A stretch of 64,000 nucleotides of DNA from Styela clava (Eukaryota), in NCBI RefSeq assembly GCF_964204865.1, contig NC_135263.1, forward strand, positions 6,634,001 to 6,698,000. Direction: 5' to 3'. Shown here one piece after another: positions 36,001 through 47,481 of the stretch. A program made the position numbers and the translations under genes. The stretch's first letter is position 1, and each line of letters begins with the position of its first letter. Below the pieces are notes generated by a model. That model made no database searches and was not told the origin of the DNA. It was given only the letters and a program-made list of their open reading frames with translations.

Positions 36001-39000
36001 CTTGGCGGATTCTTCTGATCACGTAAGTACCTTTTAATAGCTCTGAATTTGCTTGTCCATTGGTTGACTTTGACATTCTAGCAAAATTGAAGCAAAGATT
36101 TGTAAATTGATAATCTTGTTTATCATGATGCATCCATCTTTTTTTTGTGGGTTTTCCTTACGGTTTAGGTATAGGGCTGAAATAAGAGGGTACATTGAAT
36201 AGGTAAGCTTCAAGCAATTGAGGATTCATTCCTAGAACCGATATCGGGCATCTTATTTTTATTGTAAACATAATACAGTACCAACTTTTATTCTCTGGAT
36301 GCTACAGCGTATGATTGTTCTTTATCACAGGTTGTGTTACTGGCTTTGGAATGTCTTGCAGAACTTGCATCATCAGCAGCTGGGACTCCCATGACAGGTT
36401 GTTAGACATGAAATAGTTTGTAATACTTTCAGAAATTTCTCCCTAAAACAAATATAAGAACAATATTAACGTTAGACATACAGAGTACAGCTTATACTAA
36501 CAGCTAACTAAATTGAGCAAAAATATTAATTTAAATTTTGTATCCAAGGCAGAATTTTGGGTACTGCCATAGCGTGTGTACCAGGTTAGGGTTTAGCCAC
36601 AATTTTATTACGATTTTCCTTATTTTTGTTCTATTACGAGTTCGTGGACTGTCTGTGTTAGCCAAGTGAATATACATACCCCTTGCCCATAGGTTTCAGT
36701 CCCTTTACACAACTTGATGTGAAATAGGCGAACAAAATCAGTTACTTCTGGAGCGCAGAATTTTGATAATAGCCAGGAAAACATATAATCCGTTTATTTT
36801 TCTAGGATCGACAGGAAACACTTCATCATCGACTACTCTCGTTCTAAATGAATATTTTCGAAGGTTGATGGTTTTTCTGTTGAATATGTTTAAAACTGAC
36901 AAACAATTTATGGAAAACAGAAGTTCTTTTGTTGTAAGGTAAAATTTAATTACCTACGTCTCATTTTCAATTTTTTTTATCCTAGTTTGAAGAAGTTTGC
37001 TTGTGTTAGTTTATTTTTTCCAGTTCGGATTGTCCAACCTATTTATTACACCCTGGGTGAGAGGGTGGCTGTAGAATTTAAGCCCGGAATGTGTCATCTG
37101 CGATGCCAACACAGTTGAGAACACTTTCACTATTAAGCCGTTGCGTTCCTAAGACATTAGGAATTAACTAAAACTTTTTTGAACATAATGATTAATGTGG
37201 TTCAGTGAGATCTATAAATTTTAGTTTTTTCATTTTTAATTCAGGCAGCTTAGTCTGTTGTTGAATGCAGAAAACGTTTATAGAGTGTTTGCTGAAATTT
37301 TATTGAAGCAAGAAGACGATTGTAAATTCGCTTCTTTAATTGTGCAAATATTTAACATTATTTTGATGACGTCCAGTGAGCTTTTTGAATTAAGGAATCA
37401 ACTGAAAAAGGGAGATTCAAAGGTTTGTATCTTATTTTTTATGCAAGTTTTCTAGTATATATGCCAACTACTAGTATGAAATTCATCCTTTACCCTGTAC
37501 AAACAGTTACAGGATGTAAAGAGTTAAGGTTTTTGGAAGGACTGAAATCTTTCCGGTTTAGCAGTTTCTACCCAATTTATTGCAATGTGTGGGGATCATG
37601 GGATTTGAAACAGAGATGTGTAATCGGTGATGTGAACACACCTAAGTCTAACACTTTAGCCACTGAGCCAAATTTCTCCAGACATGTTTTAGCAAGATAT
37701 CAGCAATTTCTTATTACCATATATTCATATAAGAATTCCACGGATACACTCCCAATCACAATTGGGGTACAATTGATTTAATTTTACCTCAATTTTACTT
37801 GATTTAATTTGTGTACTCTTTCAGGACAGCTCACAATTATTTTGTTGCCTTTACAAGAGTTGGTGCCATAATCCGGTGGCTACTGTTTCTTTGTGTTTAT
37901 TGACTCAGAATTACAAACATGGATGTGATCTGCTTATGAAATTGTATCCTTCCAAAAAAGATGTTTTTTTTCATGAAGGGGTGATTTATATTTTTGTATC
38001 AACTGTTTCTATAGAAACGTGGAGAAAGTTTTGCATATTTTCAAGTTGAAGGTTTTAATTTTGTTCTCTGATAACTTGATACCGTTTTCTTTGACTTGAT
38101 ATGTCGTACAGCGCTGATTTAGAAGTTACTGTGGATTTTTTAACGGAAGTCGACAAACTTATTCAACTTTTAGAATCTCCTATTTTTACATGTAAGTTGA
38201 TATTTTGTTTATTATATGTGGTTGTTAGTGTAGAAGGATTTTGAAATTGTTTAGCATGCTTTCTAGATGTGAATAGTTACGGTATTTATTTCTGTTTGCG
38301 TGAGTGACACACACATCTGAGAATATTTTAAGTTCAGCCTCCCCTACTCAATTTATTACACCTGGGTGAAGTGGTGAGCATGGAATTTAAACCCGAGATT
38401 TTTACCAGTTGAGTCTAACGCTTTGCGAAGTATCTGCTATAAATTTGCTTCAATTAGGATAAACATAAAATTTAATACTCAAACAACTTTCTCAATATTT
38501 CTATTTTGTTATTCTTCATTTTAGATTTGCGTCTCCAGTTATTAGATGTGGAATCTAATCAACATTTAGTGAAATGTATGTATGCATTATTGATGTTACT
38601 GCCTCAAAGTCGTTCCTTCGAAATTCTTCAACATAGATTATCATGCCTTCCCACTCCGCAGTTGGTTTCCCATTTAAGGTAAGCATCCAATTCTTTTATT
38701 TTTGTGCCGATCATTTCAATTGAGGAAACGTTACTCAATTTATGTTTTAATATTTTGGTCGGGATTTTTATACAGTTCCATTTTGTCTGATTGGTATGCG
38801 ATTGCCGTTTCTATTTTAAATTAAGTACAATTTCTAGTTGAATGAAAAAATATGATATTTTAAAAAAAAATAAATACAAATCATATTTTTATGATTATCA
38901 ATCAGCCTTGTACATAGGAACTAGGGTCGTATAGTTTGACATGTTTTCATCGGAGTTTGTCTCAAAATTTTGTATTCTCTGTGGTTGAGATTCCAAATTC

Positions 39001-39307
39001 CATGCTTGCAACCCATAACATCAGGAGATGATAAATTTGTATGTGTGTTATGTCATTGAAGATTTTATATTGACATAGTTTATTTGAACATGAGTAAATA
39101 GGCTATATTTATTTATTTTCCACATATAGTTCAAAAGAAGTCAAAAATAACAAGAAGAAGGATATACCTACTGTGACGGGGAATAGCTCACCTGATGTAG
39201 ATTTTGACCAATTGTTCAAGCATTTTGTGTCCATACAAGAGCAGCATATAGCATATAAAAAACAAAAGAGACTCAAGGCATCTAACAGCACAACTGATGC
39301 AGTATAA
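30032..39307 (+). CDS. VAC14: VAC14, scaffold of the PIKfyve/FIG4 complex, 17 coding exons
   Basis: Exons 30032-30135, 30859-31012, 31548-31715, 32014-32076, 32547-32764, 33643-33749, 34260-34397, 34823-34916, 35550-35670, 35957-36022, 36331-36397, 36806-36938, 37245-37422, 37825-37943, 38112-38191, 38525-38678, 39130-39307. Motifs [110 protein letters not shown]. Confidence 0.95.
33785..33930 (+). mobile_element. Partial, diverged copy of the tRNA-SINE family
   Basis: tgcgagaggattgcttgactc...ggttcacataatc...cggttacg...ttttcctct...gggataaatat matches 19075-19280. Confidence 0.6.
34398..34822 (+). other. U12-type AT-AC intron in VAC14
   Basis: 5' end ATATCCTCTT; branch-point-like TTCTTAAC at 34805-12; ends in AC. 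Removal gives the in-frame [26 protein letters not shown]. Confidence 0.88.
34975..35251. mobile_element. hAT-like MITE in VAC14 intron 8
   Basis: Termini caaggctgtggagtc / gactccacagcccgg; flanking direct repeat ttatcaa(c); internal gactc repeats. Confidence 0.7.
36549..36765. repeat. ~195 bp insertion bounded by the 11-bp direct repeat GCAGAATTTTG
   Basis: Repeat at 36549-59 and 36755-65. The interior has a gttagggttt motif and ends in tacttctggag, also seen at 60668. Confidence 0.5.
37035..37140 (-). mobile_element. Second short SINE-like family (another copy at ~38345-38425)
   Basis: Shared atttattacacc(c)tgggtga...gaatttaa(g/a)ccc...cagttgag. The reverse strand has a decayed A/B-box-like layout. 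Confidence 0.45.
37944..38111 (+). other. U12-type GT-AG intron in VAC14
   Basis: 5' end GTATCCTTC; branch-point-like TTTCTTTGAC at ~38086-95, about 16 nt before the AG; no pyrimidine tract. Joins LLMKF|[10 protein letters not shown] in frame. Confidence 0.88.
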
Positions 39308-40573
39308 CTAGGATGCTTAATATACTTCTAATTAATCATATCTCCTATAATTAAGAATCCTATAGTGTTTTGGTTTTATACGATTCCAATCATAATTTGG
39401 ACCAAATTAAATTTTCGAATCTTGATATTGTTTTTGATTTGGCGAAGTTTAGTATTATATTTATGCAGTATATATTATAACACAAAGTGTGTGTTAATCA
39501 CTTCATTAAAATAATATTATACATAAAGACTGCTTGATTTGGAGTTTTAAAATCTGTATGCTTAATAAAGAAATATCCCCGACAATTTTCTGAAAATATG
39601 TTTGTACAATTTCGTGATTTTATTTATTTGAAATATAGGACACCTTATTTTCTGAGTCTTGCAGGTAAGTCTTTTTCTTTGCATAAGCATGTGCTCTTCT
39701 GCCAATCTTATTTTTGTCATAATGTTTGTGGTGCCTGGTACGTAATGCAGTTTTTGTCTTTTTTTTTATTGTTTTAGAAGTTTATAAGGTGCCGAGTATA
39801 TCGCTATCCTTGCAGTTTTTGTCTGTGGATTCAAGTTTGGCATGATGTTTTTATTTTATTAGAGCCAAATTCATGTTTCCCAACCACCCGAAGCCAAAGT
39901 TTTGATTTTTTCAAAGTCAGAATTTCAGATTTTTAATGGTGATAATTGAAGTCAAAATTTCTGACTGAAATTGAAAAAGCCCAGAGTAGTCCAAGCATTC
40001 TCAATGGACATTTGAAGAAGGCCCGATTATGGCAAAGTTTTTTTTAACAAAATCTGTCATATTATTTGTCATTTTTTGATTGGCTTAAGAGCTTGACATG
40101 AAACTTATCGAAACCCTTCTACTCTGTGTTTTATTTTAAGTGAATTTGAGTCTTATGCAATAGGTGCAATTTCAAAGTCTATGGTTCCAATGTTATTAAT
40201 GGATCTACATCTACCTGTCTTGGTAGAGATATAGCCTGAAATGAAATTGTGCTAAATTGTAACCACAGGGTTACTGTGAGGCATGATATATCCTGACATG
40301 AATGCCACTGCCTTCTACTAAAATATATGGTTATTAAAATGAATATTGATTTTGTGCAATAAATATATCATTAAAGAAACCTGGTTTTATTCGTATGTGT
40401 GGTGCAAAATCGTATAGTAAGAATTTCTAAACTCGTTAAGGATCTATGAACTAGTGAATTGTTTAATCATTGAATTCACTGTCGTAGTGTGGTGCCAGAT
40501 GGGTGAGAATCCCAGAATAGGGCATTGTAGAAACGAATACAAAGGAAGGTATAAAAGCCCTTTTTGATTGAAT

Positions 40574-40593
40574 CGTAAATATATACTACTACG
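40574..40593. mobile_element. 20-bp micro-insertion CGTAAATATATACTACTACG, copy 2
   Basis: Flanked by the perfect 7-bp direct repeat ATTGAAT (40567-73, 40594-600). Confidence 0.7.
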
Positions 40594-41601
40594 ATTGAAT
40601 GCATTGGTTCTTCAGATGGTCAAATCTCAAGGTATTCCCTTAACTCTAATTACATACAGTATTGTCAAAGTATGATTTGGTATCATCAGTTTATAAGCCA
40701 ATGCGCAATTTTGAGTCCATAATCAGATTAGATGGTGATAAAGTAACGAGATAATATGGTAATTAAACACTGATTCCATAATCTGAAGCGCAAATGAAAC
40801 CTAAGTAAACTTTTAACTGCAACAAATATCTGTGAACGACTAACTTTCATTGCAAAAATGATACCGAATCTAAAGTAATTTATATTCTATAAAAAGTAAT
40901 GATGAAAATTTGGGAATCGGATGCCTTGTAAAAATTCGGAACAATTTATCCGACTCCGAAATCCTCTCGCATTCGAAGAATGCAGGTTGTCATGGGCGCA
41001 TTCGCTACAGCGAGTAGAGAGCGAATACCTGAATTGGAATTCGTTTTTAATTTTGTTTTCTGCGATTTGCTTGATATCGTACCTATGTCAGTAGGGCCTG
41101 TGAGGTGAGGCAATTTATTTTGAACTTGGGGTGGGTTACCGGTATTGACACCAGTTACCGGTACTAATTGAGCTGTTTTCGTAATGCAGTAATGTGATAG
41201 GACACATGCATGTACGGAAACTATCACAATGCTCACAAGCTTCTGAACTTAAGATTACCCGATTTGAAAATACCGGTATCACATACTGTCATGTTTTTTA
41301 TCACTTTTATTTTCTGTCTCAAAGATTTTCCATTATACAGGCTATATATCATATTGCCATCAGGTATTTATTAGTATACAAGTAAGCAAGCACTGAAACG
41401 ATATTTTCGTTTGTCTCAAAAATCTGCTACAAATACTGACTCCTAAATCCAACAACCTATACATACCGGTATGGCATAGTCTTATGAAACATTCGGAATA
41501 ATGAGTATTTTTAGATACCGTGACTTAGCACCACTTCCTGACTTCTAATATGTCTGTATGTAAAGGGAATTTGAAATAGGAAAAAAATTGCTAGAATACA
41601 T

Positions 41602-42023
41602 GGTCTCATGTACTTTCGTACCTAACGCACTTCTAGTAGGCATAGCATAACAATTTTTCCACGTGTCACCCCCACCTGACCACACCATCCAAAAATTACG
41701 TCACTACGACTACGTCACTAAGAGCCCTGCGAACTGTCATCCAAGACGCGAATACGAGAACCCGAAATCGAACAGCCATTTCTCTCGTTTTTTCGTCGCA
41801 ACGATCCCGATTGGAGAGAGATCGCTGACGTTACTCAGTTCCTTATCGTCGGCGCCGATGCCATTTCGGACGATCGTACGAGTATTTGGCAAGCTCTATG
41901 ACGTGATTTTGACGTCGCAGTGACGTAATTTTTGGATGGCGTAGTCAGGTTAGGGTTGATATGTCGAAAAATTATTGCGATACGCTCACTAGAAGTATGT
42001 TAGGTACGAAACTACACGAGACC
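41602..42023. mobile_element. MITE with long (~130 bp) imperfect TIRs upstream of WDR19
   Basis: ggtctcatgtactttcgtacctaacgcacttctagt...ccatccaaaaattacgtcact pairs with agtgacgtaatttttggatgg...actagaagtatgttaggtacgaaactacacgagacc. TSD not resolved. Confidence 0.8.
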
Positions 42024-42226
42024 CGAAATAGCTACATTATTAATAAAACATAAACTTGAATGCAGTTGAGTGAAAATGTACAATATTTTTAGAATGAGCC
42101 TGTGGGCAACTTGTTGCTATTGTGCTTCGGTTTGTGGCATCTGGGTATTGAATAGAATTAGGGATTTCGTAAATTAACATGCGTCGTCTGTCTCATGACC
42201 GAAGTTCTCTCTTCCCAAAAACTCCG

Positions 42227-42240
42227 ATTACTATGGCAAT
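42227..42240 (+). promoter_or_regulatory. Candidate RFX X-box upstream of WDR19
   Basis: ATTACTATGGCAAT is a near match to GTTNCYATRGNAAC, ~400 bp before the ATG of an IFT gene. Confidence 0.35.
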
Positions 42241-42645
42241 TTTTTTTCCTTCGATAAATCGCATTAGTATTTTCAGAGGAATCTAATGGTGACGGTTTAA
42301 GATTGCGCTTGCTTTTAATTTATTGCGCAGTGCCAGTTTGCAGATAGGAAGACTCAAACTGTCATGTAGAGGAGGCGTTTGCACTCACTGTTCAGCTGTT
42401 ATAGTCTAATCAATATTTTCTAATGTGGGGGTTATTCTTGGAATCGGAAAAAACTGTGCCACACTGTACATTAAAACATGACAAAATAAGAAAATCTCTT
42501 TCATTTTTCAGCACATAATATTTTTAGATAGAAGTAAGACAATCCAGTATTTGGAAGAAAAATATTATCTATATTAATCTAAATTGTTTTTTCTCCAATC
42601 AGAACATATTAATCTTACATTGTTAAATAACATAAAAAATTCAAC

Positions 42646-45600
42646 ATGAAGCGAATGTTTAGCCTGAATAGGGCTCATGGATCAGAAACTTCTGTTATTT
42701 TTCGTTGGCAAAAGAAACTCGGAAATTACTTGGCAACAACTGGTCATGATCACGTCATAAGAATATGGGACAGGCACGGTCAGATAGAAGAAGAGGTTGT
42801 TTTGCCAAGCCCATGCACTGGTCTAGAGTGGGACCATGATGGAGGTGCATTGGCTGCAATATGTGAAAAAAGCAGCACATTATTCATATGGGATGCAAAT
42901 CAACATAAAGTTATCAATATTGATAGCGGAGCCAAAGATGGACATACTCATTTGATGTGGTCGAAAACAGATTTGTGTTTGGCTGTTGGTACTTCGAAAG
43001 GCAATGTAATTCTTTACGATCATAAAGTTGGTCGCAAAGTACCTATACTTGGCAAACATAACAAGAAAATTGTTTGCGGTGCATGGAGTTATCAAAATAA
43101 ATTTGCTTTGGGAGGAGTTGACAACACTGTTACAATCAGCGATAAAGAGGGTAAAACTCTTTTTCAATTCAATGTTCGTGATACCCCGAGTTTAATGCAG
43201 TTTTCTGAAATGAAAGGGAACACTAGAAGTGATTTAGGAGAAAATACAGTCAGTCTTGTGGTTGGGAGAAAGACATTGTATCTCTACAATATGTCTGATA
43301 CATCAAATCCGATTGAACTTGCATTCCAGTCTAGATATGGAAAAATTGAGTCTTATCGTTGGTATGGCGATGGTTATATTATGATTGGATTTTCTAATGG
43401 ATATTTAGTCGTCATATCGACGCACGTATCTGAAATTGGTCAAGAACTTTTCCAAGTTCGCAATCATCATGATTATTTGTCTTGTGTCACAATTTCACAA
43501 TCATTAAATGCTGCTGCATCTTGTGGAGACTCGAGTATTAGAATTCATGACCTGAGAGAATTGAGTGAAATAACGGCTATTATTAACATTGAAGATGAAC
43601 CGAAGGGTTTAAAAGAAATCCAATGGACGGATGACGGACAGCTTCTTGCTGTATCTGGGGCCAAAGGAAACCTGCATTGCTACTTAACAAAATTACCAAT
43701 GCTTGGAGACACGCATGGGACCAAAATTGCCTATCTTACATCTCTTCTTGAAGTCACTGTTATTAACCCAGTAGATGGTGCGAAGCCTATTAAAATTCCC
43801 ATTGATGTTGAGCCTGCATTTATTGCTTGTGGTCCATATCATATTGCGGCCGGTATGAACAACCGAGCATGGTTTTACTTTGTCGGCGAAGATGGAGCAG
43901 AGAGGTTGAAAGACCGTGAATACCTCGGAACGATTCAAAGTATGCATCTCAATTCTGATTATGCTGCTGTAATGTTTGAAGGTAAAGTACAATTACATAT
44001 GCTTGATGCAACTTCAAATATGGAAGACAGAGAGACAAAGTTGTTTCCAGAACGAGATGATCTTGGAAAAGTAACTTCATGTGACATTACAAATGAATAT
44101 TTGATTTATAGCACTGATATGGGGAGCTTGCATTTTTTCAGTATGGAAGATTGGAATCAGGTAAACGTCTTTCGCCATGCGAATGGAATTCGCTCTATTC
44201 ATCAAGATTATTCAGGTACAAGACTTGTTATTGTCGATGATCAAGGCCAAGGTTTTATCTATAATCCAGTTAATGACGCTCTTCATAAAATTCCTGATTT
44301 TCCATCAAATATACAAGGGCTCGTCTGGGAAAGATATCCTTATGATAAAGGAGTGTTCATAGTGTATGATGAAACAAATATATTGACTTATGTTTATCAT
44401 CGAGAATCCTTGAATGGGCCACATGTGAATCTTGTTGGAATAACACATCTTCCATTTTCACAACACCCTCTCCTTCTATACAATGGGAATTTGTCGTTGC
44501 AACTAACGAATGGAAAAATAAACACAATATTGCTTGACACTCATTCGTTTCTAAAGGAAGAGGAAACTGAAAAAGACGAAGATTCAGATGTTTTACAAAA
44601 AAATTTATCTCTCGCTATTTCATTATGTCGATGGAGGGAGGCCTGGTCTATATGTGCTTCATTGAATAAAAAGAAACTTTGGCTGAGATTGGGAATGGCT
44701 GCCATAACTGCATTAGATCTTGACCTTGCTGTTCGTGTATACAGATGTGTTCAGGACGCAGGGATGGTCTTGTCATTACAGCAATTGAGAGATATTGAGG
44801 ACAGTAATCTTTTGGCTGGGACCCTTGCGTCTTACATTGGAGATTTTGAGCTAGCTCAAGAACTGTTACTGAATTCTGGGACTCCGTCAGCGGCCTTGGA
44901 CATGCGTCGAGATCTGTTGCATTGGGACACAGCTATGCAACTGGCTCAGACTTTGGATCCAGAACAAATACCCTTCATTGCTAAAGAATATGCCCAACAA
45001 TTGGAATTCACCGGTAACTATCCCAGCGCACTTTCTCATTATGAAAAAGGATTAACGCGTAGAATTGAGTACAAGCAACATGATGAGATTTGCATTGATG
45101 GAATAACACGTATGTCAATAAGGCAAGGAGATATTAGAAGAGGAGTAACACAAGCAAAAAAGAGTGGAAACCGACAACTGAAAAAGGAGTGTGCTGCAAT
45201 ACTTGAAAGCATGAGGCAATTCCCAGAAGCAGCTGAACTATATGAAGAGGCAGAATTCTATGAAAAAGCAACTGCAGTATATATAAGATGCAAAAACTGG
45301 AATAAAGTTGGGGAATTGTTACCTAACGTTACATCCCCCAAGCTTCATCTTCAGTATGCAAAGGCTAAAGAGACGGATGGTAAATTTGCAGAAGCTGCTC
45401 TTGCATATAGAAATGCTAAAGATTTCGAAAATGAGATCAGAGTTTATCTTGATCATTTACAAAAACCTGATGAAGCAGTTAGGATTGTGAAAGAAACGGG
45501 TTCTATCGAGGGTGCCAGTATGGTGGCAAGATTTTTTATAAGACTTGGAGATTATGCTTCAGCGATACAATTTCTGGTTTTATCAAAATGTAATGACGAA

Positions 45601-46689
45601 GCTTTCCAAATGGCACAACAACATGGACAAATGGAGATTTATGCTGAAATAATTGGAACAGATGCGACACCAAATGATTTACAAAGTATTGCCGTCTATT
45701 TTGAAAACGAGAGAAATTACTTTTTGAGTGGTAAATTCTATTATCTTGCTGGATTATACAACAAAGCAATAAAACACCTTATTAAATCAGCTTTATCTTC
45801 TACCACTGTTGATGAAACTCAAGCTATAGAACTGGGGATAGAAACTGCTTCGAAGTCGAAAGATCAATCCATCGTACAAACATTAATATCATTTTTGGTC
45901 GGTGAAAATGATGGCGTTCCCAAGGATCCAAAGCATTTATTCAGGTTGTACATGTCACTGGATCGATACCATGATGCTGCACAGACTGCAATTATTATTT
46001 CAAAAGAAGAACAGAAGTCTGGAAGCTACGCTAGCGCTCGTGATCTGCTTTTCAGCATGATGAAAGAACTTAAAGATCGTGACATCAAGATCCCTTCTGA
46101 AATGGAAAGTAATTTGCTCATCCTGCATTCATATATACTTGCTAGAAGTCATATAAAGCGTGGTGATCATTTGAAAGCAGCTCGAATGTTGATTAGAGTC
46201 GCAGAAAATATTTCAAAGTTTCCTGGCCATATCGTTCCTATTTTAACATCTACTGTTGTTGAATGTCACAAATCCGGACTACGGGCGAGTAGTTTCAGTT
46301 ATGCTGCAATGCTTATGCGTCCCGAGTATCGAAATAAAATTGATGAAAAATACAAGAGGAAAATAGAACAAATTGTTAGAAAATCTGGTGGTAAAGGGGA
46401 AGATGAAGAAGAACCAGATGCTCCCTGTCCTTTTTGTAATTATTCACTGTCTGAAACAGAGCTTCTCTGTCCCAGTTGCAAAAGTCAAATACCGTATTGC
46501 ATTGGTACAGGTCGTCATATTGTGAAGACTGATATGTGTGTTTGCCCGTCATGTGATTTTCCAGCATTGTATAGCGAATTTCAAAAGTTTCTGGATTCGG
46601 ATCCTACTTGTCCCATGTGCTCTGAAACTGTTCTCGCTGATACTTTGGTGCGCGTAAAAGATACTGAAAAATACTTGAAAAAGCAGTAG
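42646..46689 (+). CDS. WDR19: WD repeat-containing protein 19 / IFT144 (IFT-A core), intronless CDS
   Basis: 1347 aa. N-terminal WD40s (WQKKLGNYLATTG, KVPILGKHNKKIVCGAWS, PIELAFQSRYG..YRWYGDGYIMIGFS), TPR-like solenoid (ALDMRRDLLHWD, AKEYAQQLEFTG), ISKFPGHIVPILTSTVVEC and C-terminal CPFC..CPSC..IPYC..CPMC zinc fingers. Confidence 0.97.
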   Translation: MKRMFSLNRAHGSETSVIFRWQKKLGNYLATTGHDHVIRIWDRHGQIEEEVVLPSPCTGLEWDHDGGALAAICEKSSTLFIWDANQHKVINIDSGAKDGHTHLMWSKTDLCLAVGTSKGNVILYDHKVGRKVPILGKHNKKIVCGAWSYQNKFALGGVDNTVTISDKEGKTLFQFNVRDTPSLMQFSEMKGNTRSDLGENTVSLVVGRKTLYLYNMSDTSNPIELAFQSRYGKIESYRWYGDGYIMIGFSNGYLVVISTHVSEIGQELFQVRNHHDYLSCVTISQSLNAAASCGDSSIRIHDLRELSEITAIINIEDEPKGLKEIQWTDDGQLLAVSGAKGNLHCYLTKLPMLGDTHGTKIAYLTSLLEVTVINPVDGAKPIKIPIDVEPAFIACGPYHIAAGMNNRAWFYFVGEDGAERLKDREYLGTIQSMHLNSDYAAVMFEGKVQLHMLDATSNMEDRETKLFPERDDLGKVTSCDITNEYLIYSTDMGSLHFFSMEDWNQVNVFRHANGIRSIHQDYSGTRLVIVDDQGQGFIYNPVNDALHKIPDFPSNIQGLVWERYPYDKGVFIVYDETNILTYVYHRESLNGPHVNLVGITHLPFSQHPLLLYNGNLSLQLTNGKINTILLDTHSFLKEEETEKDEDSDVLQKNLSLAISLCRWREAWSICASLNKKKLWLRLGMAAITALDLDLAVRVYRCVQDAGMVLSLQQLRDIEDSNLLAGTLASYIGDFELAQELLLNSGTPSAALDMRRDLLHWDTAMQLAQTLDPEQIPFIAKEYAQQLEFTGNYPSALSHYEKGLTRRIEYKQHDEICIDGITRMSIRQGDIRRGVTQAKKSGNRQLKKECAAILESMRQFPEAAELYEEAEFYEKATAVYIRCKNWNKVGELLPNVTSPKLHLQYAKAKETDGKFAEAALAYRNAKDFENEIRVYLDHLQKPDEAVRIVKETGSIEGASMVARFFIRLGDYASAIQFLVLSKCNDEAFQMAQQHGQMEIYAEIIGTDATPNDLQSIAVYFENERNYFLSGKFYYLAGLYNKAIKHLIKSALSSTTVDETQAIELGIETASKSKDQSIVQTLISFLVGENDGVPKDPKHLFRLYMSLDRYHDAAQTAIIISKEEQKSGSYASARDLLFSMMKELKDRDIKIPSEMESNLLILHSYILARSHIKRGDHLKAARMLIRVAENISKFPGHIVPILTSTVVECHKSGLRASSFSYAAMLMRPEYRNKIDEKYKRKIEQIVRKSGGKGEDEEEPDAPCPFCNYSLSETELLCPSCKSQIPYCIGTGRHIVKTDMCVCPSCDFPALYSEFQKFLDSDPTCPMCSETVLADTLVRVKDTEKYLKKQ

Positions 46690-47467
46690 GCATTGCAGGG
46701 CTAAAATAAATATGAACACAACATTCAATGTTCATGTAGCCATCTAATCGTGGAACAACTGAATGTTGTGTGTAACTGTGCATATAACAGAAATTCATAA
46801 GAATTATAATTGAAAAAAATGAAGCTGCTGAATATAGTGTATGGGTGAATAGCAATATGTATCAATTATATATATATGTATAATTCTCCTAAATAATTGC
46901 AGCACTGGTGATGTAAAATTGTTACACTGTTGGTTTGAAGTAAAAGTGCTTTTAAGTTGTCAAATATATCTGAATTCAGTATTTTTATATTTATTCAATG
47001 CTGGGTACTTCTGAGCATCAATGCTTGATGTTGCTATCATTTTGAATGTATTTAGGGGTAGGCCTACTGGTGCTCTTATCTTATTGACTTGACATATTGT
47101 ATTTTTGTATAAAATTTTCGTATGGTATAGTTTTCTGTTTCAAAAACAAGAGAAAAATGTTCCTCTAGTTGTCCACTGGTATTGATAAATGATATGGGAC
47201 AGTGTTTCTAAGAGACTTTTAATATAAATTTGTATGAAATAAGCACAGGTGAAATTATTGTGCCGCATAAAGGAAGCTTATTACATAGGGAAATCGCTGA
47301 CACCTGTTAATTTGCATGTGGAAATTGTGAACTTAAAAGCAGATGGGGATAGGAAATAAATCAGCATTAATTCTGTTCGTCATCAAGTCCTTTGTGTCTG
47401 AATGTACATAAGATAGTTGAAAAATATCAAATAAAATGTAGAGAAACGCGGTCATACTCGTACCTGC

Positions 47468-47481
47468 GTTCCGCGGGCAAC
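47468..47481 (+). promoter_or_regulatory. Candidate RFX X-box in the putative CFAP46 promoter
   Basis: GTTCCGCGGGCAAC has GTT plus a perfect GGCAAC half-site at 14-bp spacing, in a locally CpG-rich patch. Confidence 0.35.

Noticed and set aside
40600-41240. Minus-strand 96 aa ORF divergent from WDR19
   Set aside because: No recognisable domain, and it contains TACCGGTA insertions. At most a non-coding transcript.
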